64,000 nt of DNA from the human T2T-CHM13v2.0 reference genome, Homo sapiens. The DNA is taken from NCBI RefSeq assembly GCF_009914755.1, contig NC_060935.1. One strand, 5' to 3'. The translations under genes were made by a program, and so were the position numbers. Position 1 is the stretch's first letter; each line of letters starts with the position of its first letter. The notes beneath the pieces were generated by a model, which was given only the letters and a program-made list of their open reading frames with translations, did no database searches and was not told the DNA's origin. Positions 45,596 through 61,560 of this stretch are shown one piece after another.

Positions 45596-48500
45596 AGACA
45601 TTTAAACCATGTATTCTCTCTTATTAAAGCCTCCTTTTAATTGTGTTTTTCCATCTTGAGTTTCCAACAAGAGCATCCTTTTAAAGGGAGCTTTTTTTTT
45701 TTTTTTACAAGTAGCTGAATTTAATGACAGCTGTCTTCCTGATATTGTTTTGTATAGTAAGGAGTCTCTTGGGAGTTATCCAGAAACCAAGTCAGGAAAA
45801 GACAATATTGAGGAACAAAATAAAAGGTAAGCCTAGCAAAGGCACTGATGCTTAATGGTTCCAATTGGGGCCTTATTATTGGTTAATGAATCATTGTCAA
45901 AACATCACAGCAAGCAAGAACGTGCACAGTCTAGTCTATAGTGAGAAAATGACTCCATCCCAACAGTTATTAACTGGGAGTTGTTTGAAAACACGTCCGG
46001 TAATTATAACAACACTGGAGCTAATTGAGAACTTTGAGTTGATAGCAAATGGCCCACAATAGCAGACTAGATAACTCGGGGGATTCTTCTTTAATTACTT
46101 ATTGAAAAATAGCAGAAAATGAATTGGATGTGGGTTATAGTCTGCAGATATCAAGACAAGTTTCGGTAATTCTATCCCAAGATGTGCTTCAAAATGTATC
46201 TGTTACCATTATATTAGAAGTAGCATCTGAAAATGTGAAGTTCCTAAGTAAAAATCAGGGTTGCTTTCCTAAATATGCCTTTTTTAAGATTACCTTTTCC
46301 TATTAGAGTAAGAATCAGGCTTTAATAATATACATTTCATTCTAACAGTCAAGTATTCATAGGACGACTATAGGAATTCTCCTCCCTAACGCTAACTGTG
46401 TTTCCACAATTGCTATTCCCAATGGGTAAAAACAGGGAGACACAAAGATACAGAAATACTCCATTTGCCTCTTTAGTTGTTTTCCCAGTCAGGAAAGGAT
46501 TTAAAACTGTAGCATGAAGTGAAATTTTTGAATGACTGTGGATTTTGTTTATCCGTTGTGCTTGTTCTCCCTACATCAGTGATGATAAGATATTGTCAAA
46601 ATAATATTTTTCCATACTATAAAGGCAAAATAAAAGCAAGGACATATGTTCTAATAAAAAGTTACGTTTAGACGTTTATTCCACTTTTTGAAATATATTG
46701 AAGGAGGGTCCCAGAAGCTGAAAATCTGATGCTCAGCACTGTCCCCCCACCCTACTGCCTCCAGACTAAGTGCAATGTTTGTTTCTACACACCCTCTAGC
46801 TTCATTAAGCAAAACCACACATCTATCTCACAAAGAGACAGAGGAAACGTAAAATATCCCAATTTCCTAAGCAAACACCTGGCCAATGGAAAGCAAAAGG
46901 CTTCGGATGGAAGACTTCATTCATTCATTCGTTCATCAGACTCTCTAAATTACTTCCTAGTGTGAAACACTCCCACTTTTCATGTTTGGTTATTTACTTT
47001 TGGCTCAGTAAAATAATTGGAAAGTTGACACTTTTCCAAAATGTTAGACAACACATTGCAAGATACAATAAGATACAAAATGAATAATATTTTCAGCTCT
47101 CTCCACCTCTCAATATATGGGCTCTGGAAAATATGAAGAAAGGGAAAAAGAATTTGGTGAACAGGATTTATCTCCCTTGCTGCCTCTCCATTGCCTTTTC
47201 ATTTTCCCCTTGCAAACCTGGGTAATGTAAGTAATTAATTTTCAATAAGCTGAATAAATGGTCTTCCGCTATTAAATAGCTCTAACAGGTTGAAAGGTTT
47301 ACAATGATGTGAGCATTCCAGGCAAATGTATTTAGTGAAGCCTTGGAAATCTCTGATAAGATTTCATAAATACCCTTTGCTGAACTGGCAGCTTGTAGAG
47401 ACCAGCACTGATACTGGGGCTGCTAAACGGGCTACTCAGGGCACCCTCTGTCACTAGGGTCTCAAGCTTTTGCAAGAGAGGTTTTAGTGCTAGATATCCC
47501 TATGGTTCAAATTTCATAGTAGGGGAAATAACTGCCCAAAATTTAAAACCCAGAAAATATGATCAGCCGTCCTTTGGGAAGCTGTCTAAACAGAGGAAGG
47601 AAGTCAAGAACAAACTGAATAAAACCAGTTCAGATCTCTATGTTTTATTCTTTCCTCTGTGGCAAAATCATCTCCCAAATCAATCTTACATTTTATTTTT
47701 TTACCATCCAGACAACTATCAAAATCATTATCATGAAACCTGGTTGGCCCTGCCTCATATCATATCTCCACCCTGTCACCTGGCAGTGATGTCTTTTCCC
47801 ATTTCCCCTGCTTCCACACAATGGTGACACTTTGAAGTAGTGCTGATGAGGTTCCCAAATCTGTTGTTTCTGCTTAAAATTGATAATCTCCTATGATAAA
47901 AACCTCAAGCATCTATTTTTAATGAAACCTTTAGATGAATATCAAAGAACTATTTAGCCATGCCTAATATTTTAATTAGATTATATTCTCAATTTAACCC
48001 ATTAAACCTCCTTTGATGATCCCAATATTTAGTGTTTAGCCTCAGATGCATGAGGTAATGAATACTGGACCTTTCGATTTAATGAGAATTTCAGCTCTTC
48101 CAGCCTGCGCCTCTTTGTATACCTTTTATTTTGCTGGCTATAGAATTCAGTTAATTGAAGGAGTCTCTTACCATCACACATTAAGGAGTATAAATTAGCA
48201 TCCCTATTCTGATTGGAAAATGCGAGCAGACAGTTTTGCTTTGATCTGAGGACTGAGCTGCAGAAGCCAGCAGCCCTCTGAAAATGAGCTGATGGCCCTT
48301 GTTCCCAGGGCAAAATGCAGATGCATCCATGTGTCACAAAACACTTAATGTCTTAATTGATCATCTCCCAATTCTTCCTGTCCTGTGTGCATCATTCTCT
48401 TTAGAGACTTGTATATGCGTCTGTCTGTATATGTCTATTTGTGTATCTGTATCTTTGTCTTTCTCTCTCTGCTCATCCTTTCTGTTTCTCCCCTCTCCTC

Positions 48501-48908
48501 AGGCAGCTAGGGACCTAGGTTTTAAATTAATCTGAGACAAAGGAAAATGAAATAATATAAATTCCCTCACCTTGAAATTTATAAGACTGTCTGGCAGAGC
48601 TATTCAGAACCTTCCACAGGCAAAGATTCTTAAGAACTAACTCTAACTTCCAATGCTCTCAACCAGGCAGATCCCAAGCCGTTGGTACTGCATCACTTAA
48701 TATGAAGTAGATAGGCTATTCTGTGTTTTGGCAAGGAAATCAGCCTTCTTATCTGTTCCAGTGATAATGCAATTCTCCTGTAGCTCAACAAGTCAGTTAC
48801 ATAAAAGAAATGTCAAGGTAAAAGATCAACACCTCCATCACTCACTGTAAATGCCAAAATAAAAGAGAAAATTCAAATTATAGGACTTCTGGATAAATAT
48901 GGTATACT

Positions 48909-48943
48909 GAACACACACACTCACACACACACACACACACACA
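48909..48943. repeat. (CA)n microsatellite
   Basis: Directly visible. Confidence 0.9.
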
Positions 48944-48959
48944 TCTATTTCATTCCCTT

Positions 48960-51205
48960 GACAAGTCCTACTAAAATAATAGTAAAGGTTTTTAAGTGAC
49001 ATAAGTATATAAGAACAGGGAGAACAGGAGGAGGGACAATAGTAACAACATTTTGAAAACTGGAAAGCATATGAGTTGTTTAAAAGAATTAGCAGACTCA
49101 AAAAACACTAAATTCTTTTTATATTTTCATATAATATGAGATTTCTCCAAAATACTAAATTCTAAGCTAGCAATAGGAAAGCCAAGAATCAATCTGACTT
49201 ACATTCTAGAATACCCAAAATGCTCAGGAATTAATGGTGTCAGTTACCTCTCAAAGTAGGAATGAATGGAGATGTGGGGCAGGGGGAGCTAATGAAGGGT
49301 AACTGCATGAAAGTCAGTTTCAGAGCAGTTACACCTGTAACTCCTTTCCTCAATTCCCACGCAGCCAAGCACAGCCCTTCCACTGCCACAGTAAAAGACA
49401 CTGCCCTAGTGTCTTTGGAGTCAGGGACAATTGGTTCTATTGAGGATGCACAGTAAGTGCTGAAAAAAGAGTCAATAGTGAACATGTGTACTGTAAACAC
49501 AGAAACCTCTGGTCTTCCATTTGCCTCCCAGAACGTTGGGACTTTATCCTACAAGCAGGAATTTGGAAGGAAAGTTCTTCTCTGGGGAATCTGACCAGCC
49601 TAAAAAAAGACCTAAAAATTCTGACTTCAGAGGTTCTCCAACTAAAGACCCCAACCTTGTTATCCTACAGTTAAACCTCAGAAATCAACGAGTCCCATCC
49701 ATGTACTCAGTTTCCTATCAGCTTTCTGGCCTCTCACTTAAATATGAGCAGACAACCAAGAATTTCCAAACATCTGAGGATATGACACAGGACCATTTTA
49801 AAAAGGAACAAGAAAATTAAAAGAGATCTTGGGAATTAGAATTAGAGTCAAAAAATTAAAAACACAAAAATAAAGTTAGAAGACAACATTGAGGAATTTT
49901 TCCAAAAATCAGAGAAAAAAGGCAAAGGGATAGAAAATAGGAGATAAGAGATTAGAAATTTAGAGAATAAATCCAGGGGGTAAAAATCCAAATAACAGGA
50001 GATCTATAGAAATCATTAAAGAATTCAAGAGTACTCCCCATAACTCAAAAAAAAATACATTTTCAGACTTAAAAGAGTTTATTGAATACCTGGAACAATG
50101 GATGAAAATAAACCTAAAGCAAGGCATATAATTGTAAAATGTCAGTATACTGGCTACAAAGAAAGTATCCTACAAGCTTCCAAAAAGGAAAATAAATGAA
50201 TAAATAAAACAAGACACACATAAAAAATCAACAATCGAAGTCGTTTTAGACTTCACAATAGCAATTGGAAGCCAAAAGTCAGTGAAGTGATGCACTCAAA
50301 AGTATTCAAAAATGATTTCCAACTTAGAATGCTATACTCAGCCAAATTACTAATAAAGCATGAAATTAGGATAAAGATACTTTTAGATAAGGAAGATCTC
50401 CAAACATTTACCTCTCATGTACCAATTGTCAAGAAACTGTAGTAAACTGTGCTCCACCATAATGAGAGAGTAAACCAAGAAATTAAAAAGATATGAGAAA
50501 CAAGTAAAATACAATGAAATTAAAGGAATCCCCAAGATGCTGGGAAGGGAGAGCCATTTACATAGAATCCAGAATGGAGCAGATCAGAAGGATCTGGGAG
50601 AGGTGTGTTGAGGAAAATGAAATGTTAAGAATTTGTGAATATCTTGAGAGTGTGATACAGACAAACGGCAAAGAGTTTGGGAATAAACTAGTCATAAGTA
50701 CATTAAAATTAAGAATAATAAAATAAGTGTTAATTCCAAGGAAAACAAAAAGTCTCGCACAAAAGTCATTGATTACCTGGCTTAGCTGAGAATTGCATGT
50801 ACACATCATCACAATGCTCTAGGCCGAGCACGGTGGTTCACTCTTGTAATCCCAGCACGTTGGGAGGCCAAGGCGGGCAGATTACTTGAGGTCAGGAGTT
50901 CGAGACCAGCCTGGCAAACATGGTGAAACCCTGTCTCTACTAAAAATTCAAAAAAATTAGCCAGGCATGGTGGTGGGCGCTTGTAGTCCCAGCTAGTCGG
51001 GAGGCTGAGGCAGGAGAATGGCGCTAACCTGGGAGGCGGAGCTTGCAGTGAGCCGAGATTGCACCACTGCACTCTAGCCCGGGCGACTGAGCGAGACTCC
51101 GTCTCAAAAAAAAAAACAAACAAACAAACAAAAAAAAAACCCTCATAGAACTATTTGACTCTTTAAACAATGTTCATGGTGATAAAACCCTAATCTTTAA
51201 AATTA
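48960..51205 (+). mobile_element. HAL1/L1M ORF1-like remnant interrupted by an Alu (50822-51139)
   Basis: A-rich ORF1-like text (cttagaatgctatactcagccaaattac); HAL1-like 3' end tagaactatttgactctttaaac. Confidence 0.6.
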
Positions 51206-51514
51206 AAGAACTTAGGAAGGGAAGGAGAAAAAAAACAGATGGAAAAAGAGCAGAGCATGCATACAGTATTCGTTTTTTGCTCATAGCATGTAAATTATTC
51301 TCATCTGAAACTCAGGATGAGGAGCACCCTTCTATCTTATAACCATTGTTTTCCACAGCCTATTTCCAATCTCAAGTCAAGCACTGTGGAAAAATAAAAA
51401 CTATTTAGCCATTCTTTAATTTCCAGCTAGAATTTGGCAACTACACTTAGCCACTCCATCATCTATAGCCATGGAGACTAGGGTGACAATAGATGTTAGA
51501 AATGTTCAGCTAAG

Positions 51515-52522
<1,008 letters not shown>

Positions 52523-53212
52523 CATCATGTCTTTTTTTAAGCTAAAAAGTTCTGTAAAAACTTTAGAAGAAATCGTGCCTTTTCCCTGGTAGATTCCATA
52601 CTGGAATCGTAGGCAAGTCTTTATCACTTAAGAGGGTTCCCATGAATTTGAATTCTAACTTCTCTCCCCACATAGCATTACGTCTGTCACCAAATAGGAT
52701 AACAGAAACTCCGGGGCTGGATGAGTGTTGGATAAGTAATGGGGCAGAAAGGACCCTTCTAATGGAAACATCCTCAGTGAAGGCTCTGAATCCTATTTCA
52801 TTCAGGGCTTACACATCCTCTCTTAGCCCAAGAGGTAGAACAATGACAGACAAAGAGAAAATAAGATGAAGTTATTTTAGAAAATAAAATTTCTTTGAAA
52901 GAGACATAACTCCTTTGTAATGATGTGGTCAGGCCCAAGACTAATACCTTTTAGTTAACCATGTAACAGTTGTAGTACTATGGACGTTTGGAACATATCA
53001 CATTTATCACTGATATGTTCAGATCTATATTGTAATTCATTATCTTCCTCTAGCTCTTTTCATCCAAGACCTCACAGTAGGTACTTTCATAGTTCTTATC
53101 TCATCCCCTCACCATTCTAAACTGATTCATAGGGCACTAACCTCATTTTTCAGATGCCAAGTTACAGAAATAATGTTATCATTGGTAAAAGTAAAATTAG
53201 AATTTAAGCATC

Positions 53213-54236
<1,024 letters not shown>

Positions 54237-56855
54237 TTATCAGTGTACACACTGGGAATTCTCAGAGAACAGGCATAAATGAAATGGAAAAGAAATGTGT
54301 CATTGGGAGGGGGGTTACAACCAGAAAATACAATAGGAGAGAAAACACAAGAACTATTCTGAATTTTCATCTCACTCCTAAATATTATTGGAATTATCTC
54401 TGACTGTTAGATGTATTAATTTCATAACTTGCCTGATAACAGGCTGTGTAATTTCAGACAAGTCAATATCTCTGACTGTCAGTTGCCTCATCTGTAATTA
54501 AAAGAGATCAGGTCAAAATTTTTATAGTGGAAAAATGTAGAAATTTAAGATAGCTAAGAGATCATCTAGCTCATCCTATTGTATATAGGACTACTTTCTA
54601 AATAGGCTTCAATGAAAACAGGGCTAAGGAATTTAGTACCTTCAGGAAAGCTCATTCAACTTTCAGATGGCTCTTAATCAGAAGTTTTTCCAAAAGTTGA
54701 TCTAAGATTTTACTAGATAATTTCTACCTGCAATGTTAAAAACTTATACCCAAAATTGCTATGAAAAATCTTCTCCTCCATATGCTACAATGACAGTAGC
54801 TCCACAATCACTTTTATCACAACATGAGTTATTTGTAAGGTAAGATAATTAACGTTGGCTTCTAGTCTTAATTCCACCACTGTCTATGTGACGTTAGCAA
54901 AGTACTCACCACTATATCTGGGCCTTAATTTCTCCAATTTATAAAATGAAGGGCTTAGATTTTGTCAAATATCTCTTCTAACAATGACAATTTCTTCCTG
55001 ACTGTATCTTTGTCCTTGACTTAGTGGAACATCACTTTGTTCTCGCTGACTTTCTAGAATGAGGTGTTGGAACTTCTTTAATAAATAAAGAAATATCCTT
55101 TTCCTCTCTTTGTTGTTTCCCTTAAAACTTCTAATTGCTCTGGATATATGTGTTTAAGTTAAAGTATAGAAACTGAAATCTTTGTGAGATAAAAACTTTA
55201 ATAACTTGGGACTTGCAGTCCCTTTCCTACAATAAAAAAGATAGATTAGGATCTTAACAGTTAGAAAGAACCGTACAGGATATCTAGCCCAATCTCCAAC
55301 TACTGGAGAAATCTGTAATAGACAAGCCCTTATGTTGTGTCTTCCAGCCTCTGGGATTTCTAGTGAAAACGTACTCAATGTTTTGTGGACTTATCCTGTT
55401 CTATTGATGTACGACACAGTGCCTGTCTTCAAATGTTGCTCCAGAATCTGCTTCCCTGGAATCACCCATTGATTCTGGTTCTATCATCAGTTAGCATGGC
55501 AGAATAGATATACCTCTTCATGCTTAATAGCCCCGTAACCATTCATATTCAACTACCATAGCTGAACCTCCTTCCCCACTTCTCCCCCAAAGCTTTGCTC
55601 CTCCAAGCTAAAGCTCACACTTCTTTATTTGTTGTTTTCCACACCCTTTACTATCCAGGTTCCTGCATAGTGGATGAGTTTTAGCTTGTCTATATTCTCT
55701 TTAAAATGTGATGCCAAAAATATAAATGTATAAAATACGTCAATTAACTTGTTATTTTTCACATATATTGAGCCCAATTCAGGAAGACCAGGGAGTCACT
55801 GCTTCAACTAAATATGTTTATTGCACAATTCTCTTAGCACCAGAAAGCATTCTGCTTGCTCTGTGCCTTCACATCTCTCTCTAATTATCAAATACATTGA
55901 TGAAAGCCAGCCCTCTATCTTTTGAATTGGTGTCATGGACTCCAGCTCAGCATTTCTTAGTGCTAACATCAGCTAAAACCGGGCTGTATGGTATATTGTC
56001 CATTTCTTACATTCTCACATCATGTGAGCAGAAATATTATCAGGAATCCCTCTCTGAGAATCTATGAAATGCAGTCCATCAGAAACACAGCATTCGAACA
56101 AGTGCAGAACAAATTATTTATGACACGTGGGATTAGATCTAAAATGACTTCCCTACCTTGGCTATTTTGTGATATTTTTGCTTCTTCAAAATTAGACCTC
56201 TGAATGTCTTTTTAAAGATATATCATAATAAACATAGTTTTGTCAGATCTTTACCACAAGTGAAACTGAGTTGAAGCAAAAGCCTGGGTTATTCAGACAA
56301 AATACTTTTTCAGCCTGTGGAAGCTTTGATCAGTATTGAAAGCCAAAACCAAAAAGCGCTGTCATGTTACATTAAATCGAGACTAAATTGTGCCTATCCT
56401 TTACCACTATCACTCACTCACTATATAAAAATAAATAAAACTAGAACTTTGCTATTCGATTGTTTGCCATCAATTTCAGGGAATTTTTTGATGAGAAAAC
56501 TGTGCCATAGTTGGCGTGGCTGGTGCCACAGTTCTCACCTCTTCCCTTGCTACCTAATCCACCAAGAAACCACCACAGGGGAGCACCAGGGTAAGGAGGA
56601 ATGAGTATCTTCCCAAGTTTAATGCTCATGAATTATAGACCCAAATAGTCCCTGGGCTCCAGGACTCATCCTGCCTCCAATCAGGCAGCGCCGTGCATAT
56701 ACTAACAGCTTCCCTATTTACCTGCTTTTTGAAGACAAAAAGGTAATGAAATACACCCAATCCACTCCTGTTAGACTCAGAACAGGCCCTTGACAAGTTA
56801 TTGTGAAAGCAGAAGACAGAAATGCCTGGTGCTTTTGAGTTTGGATTCACCATCT

Positions 56856-56860
<5 letters not shown>

Positions 56861-56896
<36 letters not shown>
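56861..56896. repeat. (CA)n microsatellite
   Basis: Pure run of about 18 units. Confidence 0.95.
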
Positions 56897-56898
<2 letters not shown>

Positions 56899-58189
56899 TT
56901 GCCCAAATACAGTTTTTCTACTCACTTTAAAGATTCTTTCAAACCCCTATTTAGTATTTGTTCTTCGTGGGATTAGAAGAATTCGATTTTTCCCTTGGCT
57001 CCATAATCTTGTGTAATAGTACCCCTATACACAAGGGATACACACACTTTCCCTTCCAAGTTACCAAGAACATTCTCAGTCACAAATCACTTTTTTTTCC
57101 ACCAAGTCTTTTGTCATATTGTAAAGCATTTGCCAAAAAATTCTGCCTTAAAACAGTACTGCCATCATCTGAACAAGGGAGGGAGGAGAAAAATCTGAGC
57201 ATAGATTTGCTTTTAATAGCCACAATCTTTAGGTTGTGTAATCTAAAGAGATGAGAGAGGTGTTCTTATAAAGTGATAGAGACAAAATGCCAATCAATGC
57301 ATTGTTACCAAGAAAAATAAATAAATAAACTGCATGAGAAAAGAAGTGAACAAGGAGACAGAGGAGACATTTTTTAATCCTTCCTTGGCTGTTAGCTAGT
57401 CCTGATTTCATTAGTAAATCCTTCAATCTTGCTAAGCCTCAATTTCCTCGTCTATGAAAGGGAAAAAATACCCATATGTCATCTGAGACTCACAAGATCA
57501 TTGATTGATTACAGAGCACTTTGGAAAATCCAAAAGGCTATACAATGCTTACGTTTTAAAACCAATAATTTTGCCTCCTAAATGATGCACTTGGATAAGC
57601 CGTCACTCTGACACTTATCTTTACCTGGGATAATGTTTCTCCAACAAGCCTATTGCAGAAAAACGAAAAGGCCTCCTGCTACATTCACATAAGGATAGAA
57701 CTTAGACCTAAAATGATCTTTAGGATTCATCCCCATATTGGAGAAATAAGAAAACAAAAAGATTAACCCAAGCTCACACCCACTGTGGTTTTTATAATTA
57801 TTATTAATCATTAGAACCCGAGGGTCAGGATTCCACTCAGTCCTACTAATTCTTTTCCAGCCTTCCTGGACTCACTTACCTAGAGACACAACCAGAAGCG
57901 AAAGAATCAGAAGGTGAGAGTGCCTCTGGCACAGCTGCTATATTTATATGTGTACTGAGTGTGTAGGGTCATCACACAATTCGGTAGTATAATTTCAAAC
58001 TCCAAATATCAATACATCTCTGTCTCTTCAGCATTTCAGAGCCACAGAATACCAGAGCCACTTTTCCACTTAGGTGGAACTCAAAACCATTAATCAAACG
58101 ATTCGAAACAGAAAATTTGGAGTGAGAGGGAGGGGATCAGTTAATGAAAGGTTATTCGCAAGTTCATTTCTACAGGGACTAGGAAACTG

Positions 58190-59620
58190 CCTAGGGCCGA
58201 GGGGAGGGGGCGTACGCGTAGGAGAACGCGGTGGCAAACCATTCCTGGAAACGCGTGATCATTCCCAGTTTTGCCCTGCGAGCCTACAAACCCGGTAAAA
58301 GAATAAGAGACCTCCCAGGGGAAAAGGAGAGGGGTAAAGCGCAAAGTCAATCAGACCCCCGCCCCATCTATTCCCCAAACAGGTGCACGCCCGGAACGCC
58401 TTTAGCCTTAACCCTTTGGCCTTCATCTTGATTTCCTAAAATGCACTGAGAATGAATATTTCCACACACAACCCGAGGAACACTCACTTTTAAAATATCA
58501 GTAGCCCGTGGAACGTGGAAGCGTTGCGGGACAGGAGCGCAACAAGTTCGGGAAGCAGAAATTGCTCTAGGGGTTTTCTGTGCCCAAGTTTCCCGCCGCG
58601 CGCTGGCGCCGCGCAGTACGCGGGAGGCAGGGCGTAAGGGGCGTCTGCGCCTGGGGGCTACAAACTCAGGAAGGGTGCCAGGATGCAGAACCGCGAGCTC
58701 TAGAGGAGAACAGGGACGGGAGAGGATGGAAGCGCCGCCCAGAGAAGGAGGGAGTCGCCTTAGTATTTGAGTCAGAGATGGGACTCTGGGGATGGGGGAT
58801 GGGGGCGAGTGGGAGGTTAGTGACGAGCAGTGCACGAGTCTGTCCTGACACTGGACGTTTTAAAGATCAGATTGTGGTTCTATCTGGATCTCGGCGGAGC
58901 GGAGGCCCCAGAGACCTGGTCCCTTTGCAGCCAAACGGACTGCCCAAGAACGGGCAAGGACTTGGCGTGGAGAGGAAAGAACAGAGCTAGGGGCAAGTTG
59001 CTGAAAGGCGAGGGAGAAAGGGGTCTATGATCGGAGAAAACAGAGAGCCGAGAGCTGAATTTCCAGTCTGGGACGCGGTACTTGGGCTGGTCCCTGACCC
59101 CAAGGACGACGGACGCAGGAAAATGGGCGCCCGGGCGCACAGTCTCCCGTGGCTGGGACCGGGAGGGCTAGAGGGGAGGCGGGAGGCCGGGCCGCGGGCC
59201 GTGCTGGCTCCGCACCGGCCTGGAGGACAGGTGGGTTTTGTTTGTCTTCCAGGAGCGGATTTCCAAGGCCCGCCACGAGACTGGAGTCTGAGTCTTCCGG
59301 TCCAGGAGGGAACCGCGCTCGGCCCCGCAGTCTCCTCCCCTGCCTACTACCCTCCCCAGCCTGGCGGCTCAGAGCACGTGCGGCCCTGAGCCCAGCTCCC
59401 CCTCGTCTCCAATGTCCACCTCGTCCTCTGGCTCGGTCAGCACGAAGGGACCGGCGGGCAGGCTCAGCCGAGCCTCGGCGGCGGTGGCGGCCTCTGAACC
59501 GCGGGGGCTGCCCTCGGGGCTTTCTGGCCCGTCTGGTGCTTTGGGTTCGTCTTGGCTTTTCCGCAGTTGCTTTTTATGCTTCATCCGCCGGTTCTGGAAC
59601 CACGTTTTCACCTGATTTCG
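58190..59620. promoter_or_regulatory. CpG island over BSX exon 3 and about 1.2 kb downstream of the stop
   Basis: Very high GC and CpG, e.g. cccgccgcgcgctggcgccgcgcagtacgcggg near 58590. Confidence 0.75.
59369..59611 (-). CDS. BSX: BSX coding exon 3 (VKTWFQNRRMKHKK... acidic C-terminus ...GPHVL*)
   Basis: Acceptor ttttatctcccgaaatcag; Q50 recognition helix WFQNRR; TGA stop. The three exons sum to 233 aa. Confidence 0.97.
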   Translation of the reverse strand: MKTWFQNRRMKHKKQLRKSQDEPKAPDGPESPEGSPRGSEAATAAEARLSLPAGPFVLTEPEDEVDIGDEGELGSGPHVL

Positions 59621-60413
59621 GGGAGATAAAAATAAAATCATGTCATTCCTCCAAATCTGAGCCATCGCTGGGGTTTAGGAAAATGGGCTGCAGTCCGTTG
59701 ATGAAGTATCCAAGAGCGGTGATAGCCTCAACTGCTCATAAGTTATCGCCTTAAGCCGAATGAGAATCGAACAGTCTGAGGCTTTCAGGAGTAACTGTCC
59801 CAAAATAATGATGAGGATTAACATGGGTGGTTAGCAGTTATGCATATTGTTATGAATTAGAACTACTAATAGTAGGTGCTGCGTGGGCAAGTCTCTTTTA
59901 CGCTCAGCTGATGTTCCTCTGATTGAGACATCTAACCACCTGATCCGCAAGACTCCTGGACAAGAAGATGAGAATTGAAACTCCGGGTTCTCATCGGAGA
60001 GAAAATCAGACCCGGGCCTGGCAGAGCTAATGATTTCATAGCAAGAGGCGTTCCGGGTAGAGACTATGAAAGATGGGGAAGAGAGGATGGGGTTTTGAGG
60101 TTGCAGGTGAATAGCGCCTAGAGGAAGATAAAAACCTTTCTTCCACTCAGGACAGGGGAACAGGGAGAGAACTTAAACCATAGTGTGTGTGTTGGGGTTG
60201 GAGCGGAGGTGCATGTGAACACTGGCCGCTGTGAGAGAGATTGAAGTGAGAAAGGGGGAAAAAATCTCCTTGTGTGGGCTTCTCTCAGGACAAGAACTCG
60301 CCTGAACTCTTACCATTTACCTCTGACCCGGGTTCCCAGCCTGGTCGGAGAGGAGTGAGGAAGGCATACGAATAAGAGTTCTTAACCTGGAGGTGGTCGT
60401 CAGAATTACCTGA

Positions 60414-61560
<1,147 letters not shown>

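Noticed and set aside
46730-46745. Partial RE1-like TCAGCACTGTCC
   Set aside because: Half sites overlap and are wrongly oriented; not a credible REST site.
59149-59754. 201-aa + strand ORF antisense to BSX exon 3
   Set aside because: Non-ATG start, low-complexity R/A/P/G composition; expected from GC-rich antisense DNA.
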